Shown here: positions 38,901 to 51,179 of the stretch, piece after piece
Layout: each line of letters opens with the position of its first letter
Numbering within the stretch: the stretch's first letter is position 1
Origin: Podarcis filfolensis
Lineage: Eukaryota
Assembly: GCA_964270895.1 (NCBI GenBank)
Contig: OZ185443.1
Direction: 5' to 3' (one strand)
Length of the DNA: 64,000 bases
Made by a program: the position numbers and the translations under genes
Notes under the pieces: model-generated
What the model was told of the DNA's origin: nothing
Seen by the model: only the letters and a program-made list of their open reading frames with translations
Database searches by the model: none

Positions 38901-41373
38901 TGGGTTGTGGGTATGGATCATTGTCGCTGTCGCTAAGTAGCTTAGTAAATATAAAATATGCCAGTCGTAAATCAAAGCATATGTAATAAAGGAAACTCTA
39001 TAACCTGTCTCTTTTATGTGAACCAACACAATGAAAACACATCTCTTGGTCATATATTAAAACTTTAGGTTGCAAAAATTATCTTGCCACCAGTCTTTCT
39101 TTCTTCACTCCTTCCTTGATCCATACTCCATCCCTATCTAACCACAAAATGCTACATTCCCTGAGAGATGTGTGAACCAGCCCTATATAGGAAAGAGTAA
39201 AGAAATGACAAGCTTATTTCATACTAGGTTTTGGAAGACTTAGGGGGCAGCCTTATTTCATAAATTGTAGCCATGGGTTGGGCTGAGGTTACATTAGAAA
39301 GATATCTGGAGAGAAGCCAGGTAGATTTTTGGTCCTCTCAGCTTGCCGGATGAGTTGAGTGGCACTAGGAAAAAAATTTCATTACACCGTGATAAGTCCT
39401 TTTTCCTTTGTGGCCACTCTGTCTGTCTGCCCTGCTAGCAGTGAAGTTGCCAGCTACTGCAGCTGAAGCAGTGTCTCTGACAGAAATAGGTTTAAGTGCA
39501 TTAAACTCAGAAAACAAGACAATGAAAATGCTTGCTCCCGATGGCCTCAGCCCAGATAATTGTTTTCTTGGAATGGAGTGTTCTCTTCTCAGAGGTTTTC
39601 TTTCATAAGGGTTTCCTCCTTCACATGTCCTCTTCTTATGAGTCACTTTCAGAGTTGGAGTGAGCCATTCACCCAGAGTGGACGAGACAGCATCTTCAAA
39701 TCACAGTGCAGGCAAATGATAAACAAAACATTTGTGAGGCATGGTCAGTAATCCCATAGCTGTGATTGTTCTGTATACTATCTGCATTTCTTTGCATCTC
39801 AGATATGGAACTGCTTGCTATACTTTATTTTGAGCTTTTTACTGAGCAGCACATGCAGATAATAAAATGGATTTTCAGAGGGCTTACACCAAATGTGGTT
39901 TGCATTAACTACAATACAAAACAAATTAAGGCTATGTTGGTGATGCCTGTTTTTCATATGCCTGAGACATATACTTCTGTAAAAATTACAGGGGCCTGTC
40001 TGTGGAGTATTTACTCAATCTGTAGTCAGGGAGGGGAAAAAATCCTATTGACGCAAAAGCCTGAAGACAGGACCCGCAAGATTCTTTTCTAAATATCTTG
40101 TTTGCTAGGAAATAGACCTATTCTGATGTATTTTTTTAAAATGCTGGTTACCCAAAGTAAAATAAATATCAAGAAGCCACAAAAGTGGATAAACATTTCT
40201 CTGAAAGGAAAAACTTACACAAAAGAGCTCCATCATCAGGAGTATGTTGAGACTACATTGAGGAGTTCTTATTCAGAGTGGTAATTTCATCATGCATTTG
40301 GCAAGTTTAAAACTAACACTGAAGTACTGTAGAAATATTAATATTATTTATATAGGTGATGTGTGGAGATGGGAGGTGTTCTCGACAGGAATCTCTGCCC
40401 AGCATTATCAGTTAAACTGAAGAACGCGTCCACAGCCTCTCAAACTTTCAGTGTAGAGACTTCCCACAATTTCTTTCCATATAGTATGCACAGATAACTA
40501 CTTTTAATTGTGTGATTCTGGAAAACCCTAGCACTTGTGGTCATTGGTATTATGGTTGACAGAATTAAAAATGGCTTCAATCAAAATGTTTCTTTTGAAA
40601 ATAGGTTGTAAATCAAGCTTTCTGAGACATTGTGCTTTTTAGTTATTCATATTAAAAGTTATGGAAAAACAAACACACCCACTTCCCTGAAAAACACTGG
40701 CTATGAAAGACAGAGAAAGATTCCTAATTGTTAAAGTGGAAGACAGCTCCTATTGCTGCTGAATTATTTTGAGGGGGTATTCAGTAAATTTCCGTTACAA
40801 AAATGTAGATAGCCCCCAAATGGAAGGAGTGAGAGATAAGGGCTGCAATCATATACCTACTTATCCTAGAGTAAGCGCCATTGAACTCAATTTATAGTTA
40901 GTATAGCATTGTACTGTACCTGTTGGATTTTATTGAAATGGTATGAAGTGGACATAATTTAAAATTTAGGCAAGGAGGAAAGTTGAAGATGGAGACATGG
41001 AACTTAACAGGTTTCTTTGAAGTTGTTACAATAGCTAATATACTGGAATTGTTTTTAGGCGTCATTTTGCATTTGTAATTTTGTCTTGATCATGATGATG
41101 AACGATAATTGTAGGAACAGTTACACTGGATTGTATAGATTTCGTAGTTAGATAAACAAATGATATATTGAGAGAGGGCATGGCCAGGCTTCCGGTGCAG
41201 TACAAGGTGGCAGTCTAGAGCTTTCCCACCAGATATAAAGACTTACTGAACTTTGTCTCGTGAAACTAATACAAAGCCCTCACCATCCAGTATGGAATGC
41301 TGTCCTGTTAATAGCCTGCTTTCTGCACCGAGTCGAGTCACTTTAATTCCTTCTCTTGCTCACTGTGCTACAG

Positions 41374-41478
41374 GAAAAGCCTTACCAGTGCTCCGAGTGC
41401 AACAAAGCCTTCAGTCAGAAACGAGGTCTAGACGAGCACATGAGAACCCACACAGGGGAGAAGCCTTTCCAGTGTGAC
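41374..41478 (+). CDS. PRDM5: PRDM5 coding exon (exon 15 equivalent)
   Basis: gctacAG|GAAAAG...TGTGAC|GTgagt. 105 nt, phase 0 to 0. [35 protein letters not shown]. Confidence 0.97.
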
Positions 41479-41556
41479 GTGAGTTGGGTTTCCTTTTGAT
41501 CTATTTGTGTTTAATCCAAAGATGAACCCCAAAGGGTGCAACCATACCCACGCCAA

Positions 41557-41831
41557 CAGCAGCGGTCAGTGGGGTGGCACAGGTAGGGAGGCATTTCTCA
41601 CCTGGCTTCCCAAGGCCAAGTGCCACTGCCAGCTTCAGAAGGGGCAAGGGGCAAGGGGTGGGAGCTGAGGGCAGTTCAGATGCAGCACAGCCAGTTCCAT
41701 GCACCTGCCACCCCACCCACCTCGTGTTGTGCTCTTCATGCCTCTCTCCTCGATAACTGGCAGCAACACTCAGTGTTGGGAAGCCAGGTGAGCAACACTT
41801 CTCTGCCTGTACTTCCCACCGACTGCTGCTG
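41557..41831. mobile_element. Fold-back MITE with about 75-bp imperfect TIRs
   Basis: 41557-41632 vs reverse complement of 41757-41831 is about 75% identical, including a perfect 17-mer. Possible decayed 8-bp TSD CACGCCAA / CACACTTA. Confidence 0.7.
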
Positions 41832-41976
41832 CACACTTACCTGTGAGTAAGTCTAACTGAATGGGACTTACTTCTGAGTAAATATATGTTCAAGAAACAT
41901 TTGCATACAAGGTTGTCAGTCTTTCTCAATCTTTGATTAATTAAAGGTGGAGTAGCTAGTGAAATTTCACTCAGAC

Positions 41977-42016
<40 letters not shown>
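41977..42016. repeat. (TAT)n microsatellite
   Basis: About 13 units read directly. Confidence 0.95.
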
Positions 42017-42017
<1 letters not shown>

Positions 42018-42018
<1 letters not shown>

Positions 42019-42224
42019 TGTGGTACCTTGGGTAAAGAACTTAATTCATTCTGGAGGTTCATTCTTAACCTGAAACTGTTCTTAACCTGAGGTACCACTT
42101 TAGCTAATGGGGCCTCCCGCTGCCACTGCGCGATTTCTGTTCTCATCCTGAAGTAAAGTTCTTAACCCGAGGTACTCTTTCTGGGTTAGCGGAGTCTGTA
42201 ACCTGAAGCATCTGTAACCCAAGG
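42018..42224. mobile_element. Tigger/pogo-like MITE, copy 2, right TIR truncated
   Basis: Collinear with 45672-45896 up to GTAACCCAAGG, then switches to Sauria SINE sequence. Confidence 0.85.
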
Positions 42225-42430
42225 ACCCCTGGACGGTTAAGTCCCGTCAAAGGTGGATTATGGGGTTGTGGCGCTCATCTTGCTTTCAGGTCGAGGGAGC
42301 CAGCGTTTGTCCACAGACAGCTTTCCAGGTCATTGGCTGGCATGACTAAACCGCTTCTGGTGCAACGGAACACTGTGATGGAAACCAGAGCGCACGGAAA
42401 CACAGTTTACCTTCCCGCCACAGCGGTACC
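42221..42430 (-). mobile_element. 5'-truncated Sauria SINE (Squam1) fragment
   Basis: GGACCCCTGGACGG...GAGGGAGCC...CATGACTAA...GTTTACCTTCCCGCC..AGCGGTACC is homologous to the 3' half of 59084-59443, with several diagnostic differences. Confidence 0.8.
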
Positions 42431-43724
42431 AACCTTGAGGTCTCCTAGTTCAACCTGGCATGCTAACCCTTTCATCCCACACAAAGGTTCTGTTGAAAAT
42501 TGAAAATTGCCACCCCTGAAGCTGGTATTCCCACTGCCATTAAAAGCTGCCATTGGGGTCTGATCTCCCTCTTGTTGACTTTGCTCTTTAATTATATTTA
42601 AAAACACACGAATACCTGAAACACAGTCATGCATTTCTCATAATGTCCAGTTTGGTCCTTTAAGTAAGTAGGACTGCAAGTTTTAGTTTCCAAACTGCTT
42701 GCAATGTCTGTGTCATTTTCCCCATAGCAATTTTTCCTAATGTTAGTGTCCATAATTACATGTGTAGACTCCATGCACACATCAAGAATGTCTATTTAGA
42801 GAAATGTTTCTGAGACCACATCTTTTTTTGTTTGACCCTGTTTCCTTCTGGTTAGGGAAGTGATGTCAGCTAGAGGAAATTAATGCCAAGTTCATGGCTC
42901 TTAAAATACCTAGTAAAAATGCTTGGTTTCATTAGAAATGTTAGCATCAAAAAATTAGGATAGTGGCTTTACATTTTTGGTCATTCCTTTTTTCCCTTTG
43001 AGTAATTGTCTAAAGGGATAAGGAATTGTTAAAGTACCATTCTCTGGAGTTTAATTCTACTAGGTTCTTAATCTAATGGTGATGATCTAGTGTCACAAAA
43101 TATGGTACTTTTAAAAGATGCCTAAACATATAGGGAGGAGCAGTACCTGTACCAGTCTGAGGAGAAGACATTCCTTTTTTCTCTGTAATAAATTCCATTT
43201 GTGTTAATATGAGTTTTATCTAGACTTTTGGCTAGAAAGGATACCTGCCTGCATGCCAGTTTTATTCAAGATCCTGCCTAGATCATTTGATCACATGCTT
43301 TCTTGACAAGGATTTCATGCTCAGATGAGCAAGGAGAAATTAGAACAGGGACAGACTGCATACTCTCAAGCATTTCGTAGGCATTCTTTTGTGTACTGCT
43401 GACATCTCCACTTTCACATTGTGGCTGAAATCCTATGCAGAACTGGCTGGGAGTAAATCTCATTGGAACACAATGGGACTTACTTCTGAGTGAATATGCA
43501 TAGTATTGCACCGTAATGATTATGGCCAGTGCATCATTTACCCACCTACTATTACACATTACTGCTGAAGTCTCTTCTCCATCTACTCTATACTGCAATC
43601 ATTTATCTTCCCACAGCTTGCTATCCACAGGGTAAGCAAAACATACCCTGTCCTCAATATGGAACCTCACAAACTGAAGTATTTGTGTACCTGCATGCTC
43701 ACCAGGGACAGCATATATCTGCTC

Positions 43725-44358
43725 AATCCACAGAATCATACAAGTTGGAAAAGGCCTCAAAGTCATGTGGTTCAACCCTTTGTAGATGCATGAAATCTTC
43801 TGTTAAGGCATTTCTGATAGTTGGCCATCAGTCTCTGCCACTAAAGGAGAGTCCCCCAGTTTCCTAGGCAGTCTGATCCAGCTCATACCGTCAAGTAGCT
43901 TGTAATTTCAAGAAGTGCTTCCTAACTTTAGTTGGAATCCCATTTCTTGTCATTTGGACCAGTGCTCTTCAACTTTGAGTCCCCATATGTTGTTGGACTA
44001 CAACTCACATCACCCTTGACCAATGGCTAAGTTGGTTGGGGATGATGTGAGCTGTAGACTAGCAACATCTGGGGACCCAAGGTTGACCAATGCTGACTTG
44101 GACCTACTATTTTGGATCACATGCCAACACACTGACCACTGGCTTCTGGCCAAGACATTGGGTGACCTCACTGACAAGCAGCTCAAGCCTAGGGTGAGCA
44201 AATTTGCTCCATCTGCTAAGTGTCAACCAAATATCTGAAGATAGTTATCAGGTGACCTCTTAATTGTCTCTTCTCCATGCAAGGCGCACCTACCTCCTTC
44301 AACTTTTCCTCATAGTCTCCAGGTCCCTCACCATCTTTGTTGCCATTATCTGGACATG
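43725..44358 (-). mobile_element. Decayed CR1 3' end, interrupted by a hAT MITE
   Basis: Starts with CR1 tail complement CACAGAATCATACAAGTTGGAAAAGG; later CTCCTTCAACTTTTCCTCATAG is typical of the CR1 ORF2 end. Boundaries approximate. Confidence 0.6.
43960..44095. mobile_element. hAT-type palindromic MITE (136 bp)
   Basis: 8-bp TSD ATTTGGAC / ACTTGGAC (7/8); internal palindrome TGTTGTTGGACTACAACTC...GAGCTGTAGACTAGCAACA. Related copies near 2300-2415, 7420-7500, 49041-49170 and 53511-53640. Confidence 0.75.
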
Positions 44359-45671
44359 GCAACATTCCACATTCAGAGAATTAACTTTTAGAGGCCCAGT
44401 GAGATTATTATTAACTTTTTTCTATTTCCACTGATTTGTAAGAAAATCTGAAAGGTTCACTGAACTCTAGCAACTAGCATAATTCTGTGAGAAACAGACA
44501 CCATGGGTAACATGAGGCATTTCTGTTGTTAATATTAATTCAGCAATTAGCATTGAGAAATGCCTTTAGTGACAAAGATTTAAATGAGCTCAAGTTTCGC
44601 TTATTGCAGTAAAACACTTTTATGTGCCTCAGGAGAATTCTGCAGTAACAAAGCACCGGGACTCCTGTGCATTAGGAAAAAGATCCTTTTAAAATGTAAA
44701 TATTCCTTTCCTTCTATAATGAGAATTAAATGTAGGGGCAATTCTTTCCCACTCTGCTTTTTTCCATTCTCATCCAAATGCAGTGTGTGGAGACTGTGTG
44801 TGCTTTGTTTTTTGTTTTGTCCCCCTCCCCTTTTCATACTAGCTTCTATAATGCCTACCCAGATTAAAATATTGGTTGCTTTCAGAATAATGCAAAACCA
44901 TGATTTGCAAAGCCAAACCAGGCGTTGGCATTATGTTTGAACCAAAGCTGATTTGCAATTCATCATTCATCAATTCATCATGGACAAACCACTGCTATGG
45001 CCATTGCTGTGCCTTAAAAGGTTGTTGCACCATGCAGATGGTACTGAATTTATGAATAGATCATAACTGAAACAGAGGAACACCAAAGTTTACTCAAACA
45101 CATTCAAATTAATGAACCTTAGGCAGCCATGTTCGTTAATTTCAGTGGGTCTGCTCTGAGTATGACTGATTTGGAATACAACCTTAGGTCTGGAAGCTCA
45201 ATTCATGATGTGGATTCTGAACTATGGTCTGCAAAGATCATGATTTGGCATGAAGGCTGACTTGAGCCATTGCAACATTTTTGTCCTGTGCATACTTACC
45301 TACAAATAAAAGCCATTGAACCCAGCAGGATGTAGTTCTGTATAAGATTGCACAAAACAGCAGTAGCAAGAAAAGTGTCCTGTGTATGTGTAATCCTATC
45401 GTTAGCTAGAAATATTGTATGTTTAACTGTAATATGCTTTACGATCATGGACCTGAATTGCAGGTTTTTATTAGACTATTTGCAAAGCAGATCATAAAAA
45501 ATATCACCAATTAGATGCCTAATTAATGTCGGCAGGGGCATGGATGAAGATCTCATTGAAATTTCAATAGTTGTTCCATATTTTGTTTGGTTTACAATAA
45601 GTTTTCAAAAGCCTGAACAGTACCACTGTTGTATTTAACAGTCTGTAACAACTGACATCTGATGGACAGTA

Positions 45672-45896
45672 CAGTGGTACATCGGGTTAAGTACTTAATT
45701 CGTTCTGGAGGTCCGTTCTTAACCTGAAACTGTTCTTAACCTGAAGCACCACTTTAGCTAATGGAGCCTCTTGCTGCCGCTGCACCGCCACTGCATGATT
45801 TCTGTTCTCATCCTGAAGCAAAGTTCTTAACCCAAGGCACTATTTCTGGGGTAGCGGAGTCTGTAACCTGAAGTGTATGTAAACAAGGTACCACTG
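45672..45896. mobile_element. Tigger/pogo-like MITE, copy 3, complete (225 bp)
   Basis: TA|CAGTGGTACATCGGGTTA ... AAGGTACCACTG|TA. Confidence 0.9.
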
Positions 45897-46599
45897 TATT
45901 TCATAATTTTTTACTCAGAGTAGACCAATTGAAATTAACAGACCTAACCTAGTCATGTTCATTAATTTCAATGAGACTACTCTGAGTACTGGCAGGATTT
46001 CTAAAAAAAAACAACTGGTATAAAAATAGGTTTGTTCAAATAAAGGTTGTGTGTAGGACTGAGCAAATACTAGCTTTTTGCTTGAAAATATTTGATTCTT
46101 AAAGGACTCAACATGCATAGGCTGCATTTATAGTGCTTTAAGAATCAAAATGTGCACCAGCCCCTTTGGTAATATAACAGACCTTGCACTGCCCACAGGG
46201 ATGCCACTGAAAAAGGCATCCCCATGATGAATTTTCTGCTTGCACCAGCTGCTGTAGCATACAACATGCCTTAGAGGCAGGATAATGTATTACTGCCACA
46301 CATGGAACATTTCCACATCTTGGCATAGCTGCCAAGAATGTCCTATGGGGCATGTAGATACGATAGCAGCAGTCTATGAGGTAATTCTATGTATTAGTCA
46401 GTGTTAGGTATTTCAGTAAAATTCACCCAGGGTTGCTGTTTTCGGTGACATCACCACATTGTGTATGTGTGTTTCATCTCTCCATTGAGGTGCCTCTGTA
46501 TCCTCCTTCCACCACATTTTTAAACATGCTTCTTGGACAGAAGACCCCATAGGGCATTAAAAAAAAAATCCTGCTCCTCTTACCCTTCCAACATGGTGT

Positions 46600-46894
46600 A
46601 GAGCCAGCGTGGAGTAGTGGTTAAGAGTGGTGGGCTCGTAATCTGGTGAACCGGGTTCGCGTCTCCGCTCCTCCACATGCAGCTGCTGGGTGACCTTGGG
46701 CCAGTCACACTTCTCTGAAGTCTCTCAGCCTCACTCACCTCACAGAGTATTTGTTGTGGGGGAGGAAAGGAAAGGAGATTGTTAGCCATTTTGAGACTCC
46801 TTAAGGGGAGTGAAAGGTGGGATATCAAGTCCAAACTCCTCTTCCTCCTCCTCTTCTTCTTCTTCTTCTTCTTCTTCTTCTTCTTCTTCTTCTT
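46600..46894 (+). mobile_element. Squam3-like tRNA SINE with (CTT)n tail
   Basis: AGAGCCAGCGTGGAGTAGTGG (A box)...GGGTTCGCGTCTCC (B box), MIR-like core GTGACCTTGGGCCAGTCAC, (CTT)n at about 46850-46894. Confidence 0.85.
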
Positions 46895-46917
46895 CCAGTT
46901 TCCATGCTATAGGGAGA

Positions 46918-47250
46918 CAGGGCTGACCCACCCACGAAGCAAGGTGAAGCAACAATTTCAGGCAGCAAGATCCATAGGGGCAGCAGATCCAGCCTCCAAG
47001 GAATGCATTGCCAGCTGTGACATGCTCCTTGGAGACTGGATCTGCCGTCTCCTTGGCATCCCTCAACCCCAATGCCACCTCTACAGTGGCCTCTTGGGGA
47101 GTAGGAGGCCCTGCTGGTCTTCCCCCACCCTTGTGTCTAATGTAGATCTTTATCCCATCCCCTGATGTAGATCTACACTTAACTCTTCTTCCCTGGTGGA
47201 CATGGGGAACTGTTTGCTTCAGGCGACAAAATGTCTTGGGCCAGCCCTAG
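46918..47250. mobile_element. hAT (Tip100-like) non-autonomous element
   Basis: Ends CAGGGCTGACCCA and TGGGCCAGCCCTA form an imperfect TIR; internal hairpin 46972-47056. No clear TSD. Confidence 0.5.
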
Positions 47251-50200
47251 GCAGAGCCATTGCACTAGCTTCCTGGCAGGTGGGTTGCTTACTTAGAGAG
47301 AAGAGACAGTAAGGAGGTTAAACTTTGATTTTGCTGTTGCATTTACCCTGCTGCCTTGCCCCCTCCTTCCTGAGAAGCAATAGCAGCCTATCTACCGGGA
47401 ATGTAGTATGGCGTCTCTGCTCCAGCCAATGAGCCACTTCTAAGTATGACATATTTCAAAACTGGGGGAAGCTGACACACCCAACAGAAGGCTAGAACCC
47501 TTTAACTTCACAAAAGGTTTTTGCATAGGGAGGATGATCATTCAAACATCTGATTCTCAGCTTGCTATCTGAACTGGTACAGTGCAAGGAAAGACTACGC
47601 CATGTGATATTTCTGAATGTGCAATTCAACTCTAAGTATACATTTCTCATACTGAGATGCTTCCTTGTTCTGTCCAGCATTTAGCATACATATACTTAAA
47701 CTGCCCATTTAAATTCTCACACTAGGCATTTAAACACATTTAACATTAAATTAGCTACATTAAATTCTTTCTCAGCATGTTTCAAAAGCCTTTTCTTTCA
47801 GCTTTTGATGCTAGATTCTAGAATCTAGAACAGCATCTAAGCTAATAAAAAAACTGCTTTCAAACTTCAGCTTTTCAGAATGTCACAGAAAAGTTGTATT
47901 TTGCATGACTCACCTTTCCTGTTTGAGGCAACCCATCTTATAATTTTCTCCATGCATTGCAGCTATCACTTTGCAAACTCTTTCTACTGTTTCTTTGTTT
48001 TGTTTTAACCTTGGCAGTGCACACTTCTTTATTTATTTGCAGGCTTTTGAAATGTTACAGTTATAGCATATCAAGAAGAATTTACTGCTCAGCGAGGGAT
48101 AGGTATTAAGTGTGCATCTGTAAGCAGTTTATTCTTCTCATTTTGCAAAGATAATGTGCCATTGTTAAACTGTCATCACTTGTATGATTGAGACTCATTA
48201 AGAACTACTTACTGGTAGCAGAATTTGACACAGCACATCTGCTGAAGATGATATTCCTAGAATTTATTTCTAGGAAGATGAACGATGTGTCTATGATGCT
48301 GCATAAACATATACATTCATGCAAATGTGGTCATCGGTAGTACTTACTGGGTTAAATGTTTATTTGTAGCATCTACATCTGTTAGAGGTTTCATGATTTT
48401 GGTAAAAGAGGCATTTTATACTTGCCATTTAAGTGTGCAAAAGTCACAGTCAGTATTTAATCATTGTGGTCCAGTGGTCCACATGATTCCATTTGACCAT
48501 GTTATAATAACACAGGGAAGGCAGAGATTGCAGGCCCTTCAACATGTCCCAGGTGAAAATAGGGACATGTCATTTCCCGTGTACTCCATAGTAAGGATCA
48601 CTGCCTGAGCCTATTATCACACATTGCTGAAGGCTCTAGTCACCCAGCTGTATTTGTTTACTCTGAAATTGCCTGCCCTTCACTGATTTAGAAGCCAAGA
48701 CAGCGCCTGTTCTTTTGTTTAACTTGTGTTTTGTTTTAATTATATCTTTATCAGCAGTTCAAAATACAGTACAGCTGCTGCAGTCTGCAAAATGTTTGGC
48801 TGCACGCTGCACGCTGCCTTAGCGTTCATGCACATCTATTTACATGCCTGTACATTAATGGCAAGCTGCATCCACACAAACATCCCACATGCACACTTAA
48901 GAGAATTACGTTATATCACACTACAAACATTTGCACAAGACGCCACCAAAAGGCAAAAATAGGATCCAATATATATAAAAAAATAGGAACTGATTTTGCT
49001 AAAGGGTATGGGACCATAAAGTCTACTGCATGCTATAAATCAGGGTTGGAACATCTGTCCCTCCAGATATTGTTGGCCTCTAACTGCCATTAGCTGTTAA
49101 GGCGAAGGATCACAGATGATGGGAGCTGTAGTCCAGCAACACCTGGAGAGCCACAAGCTCCACACCCATTGCAGGCAACTGGACTGGGTGACCATTGGGT
49201 CCCAATTCCATGATTCTATGGTGATCGCCCTCATTTCCATAGAGACGATTCATAGTGCACTGGATCCTCCATCTCTTTGCCGTCATTAAAACTAGTTTGT
49301 TCCAAGCAGAGCTACCAAATTCATAGCTGAAAGTATGAATTTACCTGAAAGTCTTAAGTCTTGTTTGCTGCAAAAGACTAATATGGCTACTGCCATTTGC
49401 ACGGCAGAAGGAGTAATTACAGTATGGAGCTGCAATAGTGCCTTGCCTTCTCCGGCCCTTTGCAGTAGTGTGTTAAGCATTAGGAGATAGAGGATTTGTC
49501 TCGTTGCTTGTTCTTCCCCAGCCCTTGACACCTATTAAAGAGAGAAAGCCCTAGCCATTTTGAAAATTCCAGTCTGGTCACAGGGAATACTTGAGTCTGT
49601 GGTTGTTTAATTTAATGGTGCACTGTAGAGGTTGCACACAACTGCTTTTCCTAGATGTGGGTAATGATCATCTGATTACATTGCACTTATCCTTAGGTCT
49701 TCTGATAACTAGGAATGCATTAAGCCTCTATATTCAAACTTGTAATCTACTAAAATAGGCTCGTTTGGAGCAGAACTGACCATTGGACAGCGCCTGTCAT
49801 TGAACATAGTGAGGAAAGAATAAGAGTTTCTGAGACAAATTCCTTTTAGGGCAAATACTCTTTTCTTCCAGTGTTTATATGGCAGTCCTTAAAATTATAC
49901 CTGTAAATGATGCTGATTCAGCATTCTTATACCTTGACAGAAGTATGCTGGTACTGTTTCCAAAGGGTTATGGAAAGCAGTTCATTAATCATTGGTCTTA
50001 CAGAGAAAGACTCAGCAGTCAGGATGTGTTTTTTCATTCAGTATGTCATTGTATTGTTTTTGCTTGCACAATGAATAATACCAGATATCCTTGGGAAGAT
50101 AGAACACTGCTTAACTCCCTATTAGGGAGACACTGTTCAAACATCAGCCTCACCTGAGTTTACTTCTCATGCAGTTTATAAGCACAAGTAGTTATATTAT

Positions 50201-51014
50201 TGTTAAATTAAACCCTTAGACCAGAAAATTACTTTGGGAGGGAGCAGGAAGTACAGATATTGCTACCAACTGTCCAGAAAAATAACAGCTTAGCCCTGTT
50301 CTCTTTCTTTATCAGAGGTTTGAGATACAGAAATCAGCAGCATGGAGGTAAATATGACCATCTGCTCATGCTGAAGATCAAATACTTTTCAAAGGACAAC
50401 TTCAGGGCCAGTTCAAATGTTGTCAAGTGTAGTGGAAGTGACTTCCACTTCCTGTTCTTCATACTTCTCTTAGTGAGCACAGATTAGCAATTTACCAGGT
50501 TCTTAAGTGTTTCAGTAGAGACAGTAGAAACAACTGGCTTGGTCTTATTCTGAGGTTGCTACTGGTCCACCCCTGGTTACTAGCTTGTGGTGTGATGTTT
50601 TTTCCTCCATGCATTGCTGTACTAGTTTTCTCACTAGCTGAGGATGAGAGATAGTCACTTGCTTAACGTTAGAGAGGATGAGCAGCAAAATAGTGAAGGA
50701 GTGGTTACCTTCTTTATATCCAAACTGTGTGATCTCATAAAGCCACACAGCCTTGCTGTGTTCTCCAGGGAAAAAAGGAGGCAGCTCTACAGTGGTGCAA
50801 TCCAGAGATACAACTAAAGCCTTCTGATATGATTAGATAAAAGATTAATAAAGTTAGCAGCATATCCCTGGTTCAGAAATGGTGGATAATATTACCCTAT
50901 TGCTTAATCTGGGTTGTGCATAATGTTGGGTGCCCAAATGTCTACTTATGAAATATTCTTCTGAATCATAAACAATCCACAGGTTTCCTTTTTGTCTTTT
51001 TATCATTGCTTTAG

Positions 51015-51179
51015 GTTTGTGACTTGTCGTTCAGCCTGAAGAAAATGCTGATCCGGCACAAACTGACTCACAATCCCAATCGCCCCATGGCGGAATGCCA
51101 GCTATGCCACAAAAAGTTTACAAGAAACGACTACCTCAAAGTACACATGGAAAATGTCCATGGAGAAACTGACAGCTAA
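51015..51179 (+). CDS. PRDM5: PRDM5 terminal coding exon (exon 16 equivalent), to stop codon
   Basis: ttgctttAG|GTTTGT...AGC TAA. 165 nt. [54 protein letters not shown]. The eight exons sum to 948 nt with no internal stop. Confidence 0.97.
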   Translation, partial: VCDLSFSLKKMLIRHKLTHNPNRPMAECQLCHKKFTRNDYLKVHMENVHGETDS

